Below are positions 48,805-62,131 of a stretch of 64,000 nt of DNA, one piece after another. The stretch is from Felis catus (Eukaryota), in contig NC_058368.1 in NCBI RefSeq assembly GCF_018350175.1, positions 105,960,001 through 106,024,000 on the forward strand, given 5' to 3'. The position numbers were made by a program, and so were the translations under genes. Within the stretch, counting starts at the first letter, position 1; each line of letters begins with the position of its first letter. The notes below the pieces were generated by a model, which was not told where the DNA came from, made no database searches, and was given only the letters and a program-made list of their open reading frames with translations.

Positions 48805-49418
48805 TGACAGTATTAAATTTCACCTGAACCCTTCGCTACTGGAAAACAGTGATGGTTAGGAAATCACATCCCCCTCCTCTTTTGTGTTCTGGGCAACAAC
48901 TTATTGCCAATTACCATCCTTCCCCATATGACTTGGAGAAGACAAATGGATGCCCCCTTGCTTACCTATGTCAAGGCCCGACACAGACCCTACTACTTTC
49001 ATTCTTTGCCTCATAAGTGATTAGCTGAACTGCTTGTCTCATTGATCAGTAGGAACAAATCCTTTGTTAATCAAAGTTTGGTTAAGTTTCTCTTCTTCCT
49101 CCAGGCCGGTGAATTTCAATCCATCTTCAGCTTGAGCCGTAATACAGCCTCTCCTGAGAGGAGAGGTTTACTTCAAAGTAAAACATTCTCTGTTCTGTTC
49201 TCCAATCACACCACACTTTCATCCCACTTGCCAACACCTGTTTTTTTTCTATCCTTGTTTACCACTCCCTAAAACAGGAAAACTCCGCCTAAACCTGGAG
49301 ATGCACGCAGATCTAATGGTCATAGTGTTCTCCCCCACTGTGATCATTCTTCTCTCCCATTGCAATGGTCCTTTTGACTAAAGTCTTTTCTTAGAAAATC
49401 CAGATTTGTTATTTGACA
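48805..49418 (+). mobile_element. ERV1-class solo LTR (MER31/MER67-like)
   Basis: TG...CA ends (TGACAG...TTTGACA), 4-bp TSD TTCC on both sides, degenerate poly-A signal after CCCATTGCAATGGTCC. Confidence 0.8.
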
Positions 49419-50309
49419 TTCCAGTCTGATGTAACAATTGAGACTGCAAACTCTTCTCTGATTTAAAGCATCCTTCTGCCTCAGCTTGTTACTGCTTTGA
49501 TCTAGAAGCCCCCTTGGCTTCTTTTCTCCTTACTTTGTCAACTCTTCACTATTTACTAGCTAAGGTTCTGGCCCCCTCACAGCTGGCTGGCAGGAGAGGA
49601 TTTGTGGAAGGGGCTTCAGCTGATACCACTGGGATTTGTTTGGTGTTAGTGATCTCTGGGCTTCTTTTTGGTACATTTTTGTGGGTTTCTTGGGAAGTTT
49701 TCACCACTATGGATATCCCAGTGCCATCTTTCCTCCATCAGCCAGCCACTTCAGCCCCCTGGCCTCAGAAGTCCACCTTTCTGCTGGGTCATTTGCTCAC
49801 CAACTTCCTTCCCCCCGCCCCACCCCCAGACAGTACTTCTGAATGGAGTCTCCTTAAAAAGAACCCCAGGCCAGTTCCCACCTGTAGTGATGCTTCTTTG
49901 GAGAAATGCCACTCACTCTAAGTGTACCCCATCTTTCTCTCTGCTTCGGTCCCTCTGTGTCTTCATGTTCTCAGTCATGACATAAAGTCTAGCTCATGGT
50001 GTCTCTCAAGTATTCTGTGTGGACCCCTTGTATTCCTCTCACTTGGCTCCCCCCACATCCTCTTCTTTCCCCTTCCCCACCTAGAGCAATGAGGTAAATA
50101 CCTCAGCCCCACACAATCTTACCTTGCGATAACATGCTCCTGTCTCAAACTTGTACAACCTCAAGCTGCACGATGGGCGAAGGACTTCAAAACCAGTTTT
50201 TGCAAATCCTGCATATGTGGTATGAGGCCTTAATTTGGAATATGGGAGTTTGTAACACCTACCTTTGGGTATTCGCCAAAGCTATGCAAAAACACTTTCT
50301 TATACACAT

Positions 50310-50398
50310 TTAAGTGTATTTTTCTCTGGAGAAATTTGGTCAAAGTGGCCATCAAATTCTCAAAATGGTCCCTATCCTGAGGAACGGTAAGACTGACC
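50310..50398. mobile_element. hAT-Charlie MER terminal fragment
   Basis: CATCAAATTCTCAAAATGGTCC...GGTAAGACTGACC resembles a recalled Charlie-MER end. Confidence 0.45.
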
Positions 50399-50706
50399 AG
50401 TCATACCTGATATCCTGCCACACACTTTCACATCTCCTATGTTGTTGACTTGGCTTTGGAAGCTTTTATCCTTTCTTAATTTAATACACTTGTATTTATC
50501 ATTCAAGATTTGTTAATTGTGCACTTTCTTTTCTGAAGCCACTCCTTTTACCCCTCCTGCAGGCAGAGCAGATGCCTGCCTTCTAAGTACTTTGCCACCA
50601 GCTTTAGCCATACGTCTGTGAATAACACCTCACTTCCAATGGATTTTTAAATTTTAGTTCCAGTATAGTTCACACACAGTGTTGTATTAGCTTTAGTGAA
50701 TTTTTA

Positions 50707-50815
50707 GTTCAACAAATACTGACTGAGTGCTCCAGATGAGCCAGGACCGGTGTTAGGCTGTGAGGACACAGCAGGGAGCAAGGTGGGTATAGTCTTTGAC
50801 ATCATGGAGCATTGT
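50707..50815 (-). mobile_element. L2 3' end
   Basis: TTCAACAAATACTGACTGAGTGCTCC..ATGAGCCAGG...TGTTAGG...GACACAGCAG. Confidence 0.8.
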
Positions 50816-51472
50816 TTCTGCTGCTATATCCGGACTTCAGAGAGGGAAGGTTTCTGTGTATTAATCTTTTATCCTCAATAGATGCCTTAAGGGAAGTACT
50901 CAATACACTTATTAAATAAATGAATTAATTAACAGACACACAAAACCTTAAATGTGTTGACTTTCGTGACCATGACAATCTTGTTAAAACTGATCAGTGA
51001 AAAGAAAACTGAACTGGTGATACAAAACTGGTGTGCAGAAATCTCTTGCATGTATTTACACTAATAATGAAGCAGTAGAAAGGGAAATTGAGAAAACAGT
51101 CCCATTTACAATTACACCAAAATAATAAGATACCTAGGAATAAACCTAACTAAAGTGGTGGGAAACCTGTACTCTGAAAACTATAAAACATTGATGACAG
51201 AAAGTGAAGACAACACAAAGAAATGGAAAGACATTCCATGCACATGAATTAAAAGGAAAAATATTGCCAAAATGTCCATACTACATCTACACATGTAATG
51301 CAGTCCATATCAAAATACCAACAGCATTTTTCACAGAGCTAGAATGAACAATCCTAAACTTTGTATGCAACCACAAAAGACCCTAAATAGCCAAAGCAAT
51401 CTTTACAAAGACAAGCAAAGTGGGAGGGATCACAATTCCAGACTTCAAGTTATATCAAAAGATGTAGTCATC

Positions 51473-51692
51473 GGGGCGCCTGGGTGGCTCAGTTGGTTAA
51501 GTGTCCGACTTCAGCTCAGGTCACGATCTCGCAGTCTGGGAGTTCGAGCCCCGCGTCAGGCTCTGGGCTGATGGCTCAGAGCCTGGAGCTTGCTTCGGAT
51601 TCTGTGTCTCCCTCTCTCTCTGCCCCTCCCCCGTTCATGCTGTGTCTCTCTCTGTCTCAAAAATAAATAAACGTTAAAAAAAATTTAAAAAA
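51473..51692 (+). mobile_element. Can-SINE (SINEC_Fc), low divergence, inside L1
   Basis: Perfect TSD AAAAGATGTAGTCATC. Confidence 0.98.
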
Positions 51693-52746
51693 AAAAGATG
51701 TAGTCATCAAACCAGTATGGTACTGGAACAAAAACAAACTTATAGATTAGTGGAACAGAATAGAAAGCCCAGAAATAAGCCCACAGTTATATGGTCACTT
51801 AATCTTCAACATAGCAGAAAAGAATATCCAGTGGAAAAAAGACGGTGGTGTTGGGAAACAAGTCAACAAATGGTGTTGGGAAAATGGTTCAGCTACATGC
51901 AAAGAATGAAACTGGACCATTTTCTTACGCCATACACACAAATAAACTCAAAATGGATTAAAGACCCAAATGTGGTATCTGGAACCATGAAAATACCAGA
52001 AGAGAGCATAGGTAGTAATGTGTCTGACCTCAGCCATAAGAACATTTTTCTAGATATGACTCCTAAGGCAAGGGAAATAAGAGCAAAAAATAAACTACTG
52101 AGAGTACGTTGAAATAAAGTCTTCCACACAGCAAAGGAAACAACCAACAAAAGTAAAAGATAACCTACTTAATTGGAGAAGATATTTGCAAATGACCTAT
52201 CTAGGACAAAATAGTATCGAAAATATTAGAGAATTTCTACAACTCAACACCCAAAGAATAAGTAATCCAACTTAAAAATGAGAAAAAGACGTGAACAGAC
52301 ATTTTTCCAAAGAAGATATACAAATGGCCAACAGACACATGAAAAGATGTTCAATAACACTCGTCAGCAGGAAAACACAAATCAAAATTACAATTAGACA
52401 TGACCTCACACCTGTTGTAATGACTAAAATCAATAACACAAGAGACAACAAGTGTTAGTGATGTGGAGAAAAAGGAACCCTGATGCCTGTTGGTGGGAAT
52501 GCAAATTGGTGCAACCACTGTGGAAAACAGTATGGATGTTATTCAAAAAGTTTAAAATAGATCTACCCTATGATCTAGTAATGGCATTACAGGGTACTTA
52601 CCACCCCCCCCCCATACAAAAACACTAATTCAGAGGAATACATGCATCACTATGTTCATAGCAGCATTATTTACAATTACCAAATTATGGAAACAGCTCA
52701 AGTGTCTATCGACTGATGATTGAATAAGGAAGATGCGGCACACATG

Positions 52747-52756
52747 CACACACACA

Positions 52757-52800
<44 letters not shown>
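52747..52800. repeat. (CA)n microsatellite
   Basis: About 27 CA units with one interruption. Confidence 0.97.
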
Positions 52801-52804
<4 letters not shown>

Positions 52805-53057
52805 CCCTGGAATATTATTCAGCCTTAAAAAAGAATGAAATGTTGCCATTTGCAACAACATGGTTGGAGCTAGAGTGTAATGCTAAACGAAATAAGTCAA
52901 AGACTCAGGATCTACTGGTCTAGTAGTAGTTGAGGTCTCAGCATGGCTACTGGCTCCCAGGGCTGTTCCAGAGGTGTAGTAGGAGCAAGGCCTGCTCGTA
53001 GATTTTTGTCACATTCTTTAATGTCTAAAACTACAAAGCATTGTTAATAAAACACTG

Positions 53058-53440
53058 CATTCACTCAACAAATACTCAGTATCTCCAATATGAGAAATGA
53101 GCACTTGGCAGTGGTGATGATTAAAGAATAATTAATAAACCAAAATAATAATTAATAAACCAAATTCTCTATCTCAGAGAAGTTCACAACTTGATGAGGA
53201 AAAGAAGGCCAAAAAACTATGATATAAAGCAAAATATAGAAGGAAAGTGTAAGCAATGGTGTAGGAATCTCCAGAGGTGAAAATAATCCCTTGGATTATG
53301 ATTTTGGAGAAAAAATAATCTTCCCAAAGATGAGGCCATTGGAGCTAACACATTGTATAAATCGTGAAAAGCACAGTTCTTCAGGCAAAGAAGAGCAGAA
53401 TCAAAAGCAGGAATATGGGAAAGTACAGTTTATAATAATT
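53058..53440 (-). mobile_element. L2 3' end
   Basis: CATTCACTCAACAAATACT...TCTCTATCTCAGAGAAGTTCACA. Confidence 0.65.
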
Positions 53441-54164
53441 GACATGCAAAACTAACACAGGCACTCCTCTCCACAATAAGCATTTCCCATGTAGAGCTTG
53501 TCATTTGTTTCTAAATACTCAACTTCAGTCTCTAAATAATGAAGCGATATCTTTAGAGCTTGTGATGCCCCTGACGACCCTATAGAGCCAGTCAGTCTGG
53601 GATGTGTGTAGAGATTTTGGGAGCCCAGGGGCTTGTCCATTTCTTTGGTGTCTGCTCTTAATAGGAAGCAGAGTCTGTAGACAGATTTCTTACTTAAACC
53701 TGACTACTGCAACAGTTTCCCTGTCTAAAGTCTTATGTTTTAAAATTGCCATTGCCTTTACATACTGATGCACTAAAACCAGAATCTAGGTCAGTATGTT
53801 CTTGGGATCACATCTAAACTCTGGGACCACCATCTGCCCTGCCTGGGAAGGGTCACAGCTTTATCAGTCAAATACTTGACTCAGATTCAAAATACTTTTC
53901 CTCTTAGCTTAGCTCATTTCTCCCACATTTGTCTGCATTTTCTTGGGTTGATTTCTTCATGTTTTTTGTCAACCACCTCTCCCTAGGATTTTTTTTGTTT
54001 TGTTTTTTGTTTTTTTGGCGTACTTCCATTTTGTGGGCTGTCTGCATAAAGCCAGGGAAATGGATATCTGCCTGGTTTATTTCTTTCAGTCTTTGATTCT
54101 ACATGGATTGCTACTCAACCGGTAAGGCTGATTTGCTTTACTCGTTTACCTCGTGGTAGTGTGG

Positions 54165-54340
54165 CAATCATTGGGCTAATTTACACTGTTTATTTCATTA
54201 ATCCTCTTCATAATCCTAAACAGATAATACTGATGGACAGATGAGGAAACTGAGGCTCAAAGAGATTAGGTAAATCCATTAGCAAGGGTCCTCAAAGGAC
54301 ATTCAAGACCTCTCTGCCTGCCTTTGAAGCCTCTTCTCTC
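54165..54340 (-). mobile_element. MIR SINE
   Basis: ACAGATGAGGAAACTGAGGCTCAAAGAGATTAGGTAA. Confidence 0.85.
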
Positions 54341-54584
54341 CTTGAGTTTTGAGATGTGCAATTTCAGGTGGGTTTATTAAAACAATTTACCCTAAATTTT
54401 AAAAAAAGATAAATAATTATATAAATTTTAATAGCTGTATGTGATAAATAGTTGTTTTGTTTAGACTACTATTATAGATCACCTCCCTTTTCATGGATTT
54501 CATCTGTCGCTCAAGTGATAGAACTATAATGCAGTTCAGAAATTGCTTGACTCATAGGCTGAGCTTTGAGGCTCCCTAGTTTCA

Positions 54585-54700
54585 CTCCTTCCTCTGCACA
54601 GGAGAAAACTGAGGACAGGCAGTGCAGAGTAATTGCCTAAGGTTATGTAGATGATGGCAGAGCATGAATATGAGTCCCTAACCTCTCCTACTGGCCTTTG
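54585..54700 (-). mobile_element. MIR core fragment
   Basis: ACAGGAGAAAACTGAGG...AGTAATTGCCTAAGGTTA...TGGCAGAGC. Confidence 0.65.
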
Positions 54701-54727
54701 TGTTACTGAATAGCATACAGAAATCTT

Positions 54728-54922
54728 TTTCTTTTTTACTTTTAGAGGGAGAGAACAGGGGAGGGACAGAGAGCAGGAGAGAGAGAGAGAATAATCTCAA
54801 GCAGGCTCCGTGCTGCCAGCACAGAGTCTGATGTGGGGCTGGAACCCACGAACCATGAGATTATAACCTGAGTTGAAATCAAGAGTTGGAGGCTTAACCA
54901 ACTGAGCCACACAGGCATCCCC
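54728..54922 (-). mobile_element. Can-SINE
   Basis: Reverse consensus; TSD CAGAAA(T)TCTT. Confidence 0.94.
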
Positions 54923-55137
54923 AGAAATTCTTATTTTAATAGTTTTAAATCTTCCCATCCATAAGCACAGGATGTCTTTCCATTTATTTGTATGTTCTTT
55001 AGCTTCTTCCACCAATATATTGTACTTTTCAGTGTACAAGTCTTTCAACTCCTTGGTTAAGTTTATTCCTATTGTATTCTTTTTCTTCCCCCCCCCACCT
55101 GTATTCCTTATGCTGTGCTTTTCATCTCTCAAACTTA

Positions 55138-55287
55138 TTTTTTTTTAATATGAAATTTATTGTCAAATTGGTTTCCATACAACACCCAGTGTTCATCCCA
55201 ACAGGTGCCTTCCTCAATACCATCACCCACCCTCCCCCTCCCTTCCACTCCCCATCAACCCTCAGTTTGTTCTCAGTTTTTAAGACT
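55138..55287 (-). mobile_element. Felid L1 (L1_Fc-like) 3' end
   Basis: ATATGAAATTTATTGTCAAATTGGTTTCCATACAACACCCAGTG; reverse complement of the element at 39604-39893. Confidence 0.92.
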
Positions 55288-55339
55288 TTTTCTTTATTAA
55301 GTATTTTATTCTTTTTAATGCTACTGTAAATGGGCTTTT

Positions 55340-55596
55340 ATCTTTTTAAATCACCACTTATTTGTATTGAGTGATTGAGAGAGAGAGAGAGAGAGTGTGT
55401 GTGTGCGTGTGTGTGTGTGTGTGTGTATGTGTGTGTGCACAGGGGAGAGTGGCAGAGAGACAGGGAAAGAAGGAATCCCAAGCAGTTCTGTGCCATCAGC
55501 GCAGAGCCCCACGTGGGGCTCAAACTCATGAACCATGAGATCATGACCTGAGCCAAAATCAGGAGTTGAATGCTTAACCGACCCAGCAGGTGCCCC
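55340..55596 (-). mobile_element. Can-SINE containing (GA)n(GT)n
   Basis: TSD TAAATGGGCTTT. Confidence 0.93.
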
Positions 55597-57344
55597 ATAA
55601 ATGGGCTTTTAAAATTTTTTTCCTTTGTAAGTAGGTCACTGTTAGTGTATAGAAATGCAACTGATTTTTGTATGTTGATTTTGCATCCTATAACTTTACT
55701 CAACTTATGTATTCTCACATGTTTTTCATAGATTTTATGGTTTGCTGTGTATAAGATCATGTCATCTGTGACCTAGTAATGTTACCTCTCCATTTTTGAT
55801 TTGTATTTTATTTCTTTTTCTTGCTTAATTCCTATGTCTAGGATTTCCAGTACTATGTTGAATAGACATGGCAGCAATGGGTATTCTTGTCTTTTTCCTT
55901 ATGTTAGAGCAAAAGCTTTCAACTTTTCTCTGTTATGTATGGTGCTGGCTGTGGGCTTGTCATATATGGCTTTTATTATGTTCTGGACATATTTTGGACA
56001 TTTGGACATTCCTTCTGGACATATTTTGTTGAGTATTTTTATCATGAAATTATATTAAATTTTGTGAAATGCTTTTACTGCATCTGTTGAGATATGATCA
56101 TGAGATTTTGGCTCTTCATTCTCTTAATATGGTATATCATATTTATTGGATTGTGTATGTTGAACCATCATTGCATCCCAGAGGTAAATCTTACTTGATT
56201 ATTGTATATTATCCTTTTAACATGTTATTGACTTTAATTTGCTAGTATTTTGTTGAGGATATTTGTATCTATGTTCATCTTGGATATTGGCTTGTTGTTT
56301 TCTTGTATTGTCTTTGTCTGGCTTTGGTATTAGGGTGATGCTAGTCTCATAAAATGAGTTTGGAAGTATGTACACTGTTAGTAGGAATGTAAGATGGTAC
56401 AACCACTCTGCAAAACAGTGTGGAAGTACCAGTAAAAATAGAACTACCATATAATCCAGAAACCTCACTCCTGGATATATCTCCAAAACAACGAAAATCA
56501 AAATCCATGGATAGACCTGGAAGAAATTATGCTGAGTGACAAGAAGTCACAGAGGGACAGATACTGCATGATTCCACTTATAGGAAGTATCTAAAATAGT
56601 CAAACTTATAGAAGCAGAAAATAGAATAGTGAGTCCCAGGAATGGGGGAGGAAGAAATGGAGGTTGTGGTTCAATGTGTATAACATAACAGTTCATACAC
56701 TAGAGATCTGCTGCATAACACAGTGCCTATAGTTAACAATATATTGTTAGGTGCACTTAAAATTTTGTTAAGAGAATAGTTTTCACAATTAGAAAAAGAA
56801 ATTCTTATTTAGACAAAACTCAATGCAATTCAATGGTGAATTCTTCCAGAATTAGCTATAAAATACATATATACATAATGTACATGATTTTGTCCTCTAT
56901 TCTTTTGTCTTGTTTGCATGCTATATCTCCTCTACTTGGTCTGTCTAGACCATCTTATTAATTTGTTCTTATATATGGGATTCTCATTCTATTCTCACAT
57001 TTTCTCCTTGGCATCCATAACTGTTCAATTGTTCCTTTAAATACCACTCTCAATATATTTCAAATTTATTTATTTTTGTTAACTTCCATAAAATATATTT
57101 AAGTCATTCTCTATTTATTCTTTGATGTGGTTTACCTTTATAATGTCATATTGGTATTAGTGACCCTTTAGAAATTATCTCCAACACTTGATTTTTTGCC
57201 TTTTGAGTTCCTGTATATTACTTCCTAGGTATTTAATATGAGTTATCATATTGTCATTGCTTTGTAATTTATCAACTTCTAGCTTTCATTTCCATAAGAT
57301 AAGCACTGTTGGTGTATTTTGTCTTTTGTAAATATTAGCCTCAT

Positions 57345-57530
57345 AGGTGCTGTGGCTAAAAGGTAAGCTGTGGGTTCAACATCTGCTTCCATCAGTAATT
57401 AGCTGGATAGTTTGGGGCAAGCTACTTAATCTATCTCTTTTTTATTTTTATGAACATGAAATATGATAACAATGATCCCACTTTCTATATTCATGAGGAT
57501 TAAACAACCTAACACATTTAAAGCCATTAG
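57345..57530 (+). mobile_element. MIR SINE
   Basis: GGGTTCAACATCTGCTTCC...TTAGCTG...GGGCAAGCTACTTAATCT...ATGAGGATTAAA. Confidence 0.75.
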
Positions 57531-57919
57531 TAAAAGCTATATTTCCAGCATAAAAGTCTGTCCCAAAACATTCATTTTGACCATATTAAAAGAAGAAACT
57601 GGCATTCTTCCTCTCTATTATAGATATTTATATCTTTACCACAAGGGTAAGAATTATATTTAGAATTCTTCATAATCCTATCACCACTTTATCAAATAAT
57701 GGTTTTTTTTTTTTCATTTTTACATAATAGTAGTCACACATAGGATGGCTACCATCTGGAATTCTTGTTCATGGAGCAGTTGTCATAAATATTTCCCATG
57801 GTGTTAAATTTCATAAGTATAATTTTAATGCTATAAAATAACATCACAAGTTGGTAATTTGCAATTTATCTTAATCTTTTCCTCATTATTAGACGTTTAT
57901 TTGGCATTGCAGGTCTATA

Positions 57920-58085
57920 GATTTTGGAATTAACATAATTGATCTGCATGCTGGCTGAGCAATATTAGGCAGGCTATTTAACATCTGTGAACTTTAATTT
58001 TCTTATCTATAAAATGGAAATAATTATTTCTGCCAGGATTATGTTATTTTAAAAAATGTACTGACAAAGCTATAATGTAAAGTAG
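57920..58085 (+). mobile_element. MIR fragment
   Basis: TTAGGCAGGCTATTTAACATCTGTGAACTTTAATTTTCTTATCTATAAAATGGAAATAAT. Confidence 0.7.
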
Positions 58086-58211
58086 TTACCAAACTACTTC
58101 TTTTCTACCCCAACCTAAAATAGTTTCTTCCCATCCCTACTGTAGTTTTGGTCAAATGTTTTTCTTAATTCAAAGATATGTCTGACAGTATTTTAAGAGA
58201 ATAATTGAACT

Positions 58212-58213
<2 letters not shown>

Positions 58214-58276
<63 letters not shown>

Positions 58277-58279
58277 TTT
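58214..58279. repeat. (TA)n followed by poly-T
   Basis: About 23 TA units then about 21 T. Confidence 0.97.
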
Positions 58280-61200
58280 ACTAAGAAGCTAGTTTATCAA
58301 GTCAAAACTGAGCCTCATTAGATAAACCTTTCAAATGTTGTTCTTGTGTTTACCTTGAAGCTGTCATAGCAAAAGCCAAAAGCAAAAACTGATTTGTTAT
58401 TCATATTGTGTTACATAGCTATCTGATATAATGATTTTCTATTTTATTATCTTATCTTCAAATACAAAGATAGTGACATATTTAGAAGATTGTGACTCTG
58501 CCTACATATCTCTTACTCTATGTTCTAACAGATTAAGGCAACATTCCAATATATTTAGTCAACTTGATTATCCTTTATTTTTAACCTAAAAGAAATTACA
58601 TCAGAATATTTACAATAAATTCACAATTGGAATATGTAATACTTATTCAAATCTGTTGCTTTACTTGCCAAGGGTATATTGAGGTATCATCATTTTTCTA
58701 TGTCATTTCTCAGAGGCATTTCCAATTTCAGAAATATCTGCTGGAACAAAAGGAAAAAGATTTATAATAAGTGAAATTCTTGGAATTGCAAATGCAATCA
58801 CCAAAATATGAGAAGTGAATTTTGGATACATGCCAAATCATTGCTACTCAACCTTATCTTTTCTTTTTTTATGATTCTGTCAGAATATTTCATTGCTTAG
58901 GGCATTGAGTAATTTTCTGGGGTAGGGTTCTCCACTCCACCCCCCATTCTTATCTGACCTAAAACACAAATGGCATTGATCTAGGAGTTAATAAATATAT
59001 GACATGATAACGTTTTATTGATGAGATGACATTAGCACAAAATGCTTTCATGTAAAAATAGGATTGACTTAGAAAAAGTTACTCTAGGCTCTTAAACACA
59101 TACAAGTTCTAGGAGGTATGCTACAGGGATGGTTATTTGAAAGATGAAAAGTCCACTTTAATTCGGAATATGATGATAATATTTATCATTAGATATGAAT
59201 TACGGTAAAATTGTGCCTGAAATTTCTTAAGCTTCCAAACTGGCACCGTTGAAAGTAACCACTTTGAGGAGGAGAGAGTATCAGGACCAGATTTCAGCCT
59301 CTGAAATGTTCTCTGAGCTGAGCCTGGAGTGACTTTCAGCTGTCCTCTTCAGGGTCTGTCTTGCAATGTTTAAGCAGTGAGTGCTGAATTTTTGACAGAA
59401 ATTTAATATCCATGTTACTGGAGATAAACTCAGGCTTGTGTTTTCTAACTCATATTTTGGATACAAAAGGGTCAGAAGTCATGTGACGCTTAAGGCAGAT
59501 ATACTATCTTTCCTGAATTTTTGGTGGGACCTTTTGTTTTGTTTTGTTTTTGGTCCAGGTGGTTTTCAGTTGCAAGTGGGAGACAGAGGTGGCATTCAAG
59601 TGGTGTGATCTCAGGGATAACTAGGAGCCCTTCTTCCTCTCCCAGCTTACCCGGAATTTCCCCCCATCAGTTCTCTTGCAATTTCCTCAATAAAGAACCT
59701 AGATTTAAATTCCACGCTTAAAGATAAGAGAAGTGGGGATTAAAACACAAATACTCCCTTTGAAAGAGAACATATTGACTTAAAGTCGCACTAAAATACC
59801 TGCTTCTATCAGATCATGACTCAAAGCAGGTTTTGTTGTTTAGGTAAGAGGAGAAGAAATGAGCTTCATAAAAGGAAATATGTGTTAGTGGAATTTTAAA
59901 ATAAAAACTGTTTTTACTTTTTCATCTCCCTTAAGCAAACTCATTTTAGCTACATTCAAGCATTGGGTAAATATAGAACCTCTCTCTTTTTTCCCAGCTT
60001 GCTCTGAACTACTGAATGATTTGAGTCTCCTAGTTTGGGGGAAATTACAGAATACAACACTGAGAGTGTGTACTTGGTATTGTTGAACCTCTGCTTGACA
60101 GTCTACAAAGTGTGATGAAGAGACTCATCAAATGTCTGAACATGAGATCTTTTTTTGAAATTCCCAAGAAAGTAAATTCTGCAAACTGCTAACTGGCCTT
60201 GAGAAAGATTCCAGAGCAGATTATTAAAAGATTGGCTTTAGGAGTTCCAAAAATAAGTGGTAATCACTGGATTTATGAAAAAAGCATGACCAGTTTTGGA
60301 CTCATTCCCTTTTTGGACTGTGGGTTAAGGGCATGGTATGGCCATAGTGCTTCCTAATTTCAGTAAAGCACTTAAGACAGTCAAGGTACTAGATGGAGTC
60401 ATTTGAGCTGGAAAGTAGTGCAGGTAGGCGAATTTGTACCTTGGAGAACCACGTGCAAATGCCAGTGATTAAAATTAACTTATGTTATCCTTTACCCTGT
60501 CTGTTCAGTATTTTCAATTATGATCTTGATAAAGTTGCAGATGATTTGAAATAGCAGGGCGATCTCATATATCAGACGATGGAATCACAGTTCAGAATTA
60601 ATTGGCTGGCATTCTATAGTGATAGTGATAGTGGTAGTGATTTAGCACTCCAATCTCAGTGCGCATACTTAAGATGAATTACACATGGCTTAAGAGCCAT
60701 GTGTGAGAAAGATTTATGGTAGAATTACTACCTGCATAGCAAGCATGATGGAAGACCTGCTCTACTCTGTGCTGGTCAAACCATCTAGTATGGTACATTG
60801 AAGACATGATGTCCCATTTTAATTGGAACACAGATAAACTACGCTGTGTCCTTGGACGCTATGACTTTATTGTTTACATCAGGAAAATTTTTTGGAGGTG
60901 AAATTTGGAATTGCCATCTTCTTAACTTTCTGTTGTATAGGAGCTGTCATTTGTTGCAGAATCCTGCAGATTTTCTGGAATTTAGTACGTGCTGGTGACA
61001 GTGATCATTTCTAGTAGGACAGTGTCTTTCTCTTTCTCCATTGTGGACTAATGCGAAGTCAGGGAGGACAGCTCTGATGAATTAGGGAGTTTTCGCTTTC
61101 CCAAAAATGAAGTCAGAAAAAAATTCATGGATCCACTGTATAGCAATAAACAGTAGAGAAATCAAAATTTTAACTTTAATATTGAATTGTAAGAACTCAT

Positions 61201-62077
61201 TGAATAATAGGGGTCTGTGATTTCTGCCTTACCCCCTGCCCCACAGTAACCGTAATTTCCACTTGGCCTTTTTCCCCCTCTATTATTCCACTGTTAATCT
61301 GAAGGTTGTCTGCATACACTCCGTATATGTTAAATGAAATGTTAGTTAACTTCTGTTAAATTTATGCCAAGTAATAATGAAAAATACTTTTCAAAAGACA
61401 AAAGGATTCATTTTTAATACAAGGATTATAGAAAGGAAAACCTGGAAAGCTTGAAGTAACCCATTTCTGGAACTGCAAAACCAAATCCTGTTTAAAAAAC
61501 CAAACCCCAAAACACTTGGGCTTGGGTGTTTCTTTAACCTTTGTCCACTTAAAGGAACTTTATTTAAAAATATAATTTGGAAGCACATACTAACTACTTC
61601 ATAATGCAAAAAGAAACAGAATGGTGAAAAATTGTAGCAATTACAGAATTTGTTGTTCCAGAGTCTACAAGGTAAAATATTAGCAACCAGAAAGGATAAA
61701 GTTACATGTCCTTTTGTGGTTGGCACCACTAAGAGAGGAAAGAGAAATTGAGAAAGGAAAAGAATAAGGTCTTCACAATTTTGTGGCTTGGGTTACTAAG
61801 CACTTACAATAAATAAAGCTTAAAACACAAGCACATCATCTAAGACAAGTATGTATTAAAAACCAAAAAGAACCTTCAGGACTAAGTTACTTTTTTTTTT
61901 CCCAGAGACTGAACTAAATAAATTACTTTGTAGGAAAAAATACTCTGAATGATTGGTTCATTCAAAACATTAAAAACAGTGGTATTTGTTCATTTTAGTC
62001 ATAACTCTTGAAGCACTTAATTGTTTGCTTGATGAGATAAAACCAGATTGAGTGGGAGCCCATTTAAAGTATAAAAA

Positions 62078-62079
<2 letters not shown>

Positions 62080-62111
<32 letters not shown>

Positions 62112-62131
62112 TGTTGTTGTTGTTGTTGTTG
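62080..62131. repeat. Compound (TTA)n(TTG)n microsatellite
   Basis: About 10 TTA plus 7 TTG units. Confidence 0.97.

Larger units (their letters stand above)
51025..52900 (+). mobile_element. Carnivore L1 (L1_Carn-like) ORF2 3' half
   Basis: [87 protein letters not shown]; frameshifted. Confidence 0.93.
54937..56796 (+). mobile_element. L1 (L1MB1/2-like) with 5' inversion: antisense ORF2 54937-56368, sense 3' end 56369-56796
   Basis: Strand switch at about 56369; identical 14-mer AGAAATTCTTATTT at 54923-54936 and 56797-56810; 3' UTR CTAGAGATCTGCTG...GTGCCTATAGTTAACAATA. Confidence 0.82.

Noticed and set aside
49514..50300. GC-richer block with a 135-aa ORF, possibly another old LTR
   Set aside because: The ORF has no recognisable homology and starts at TTG. 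I could not assign LTR termini or a family.
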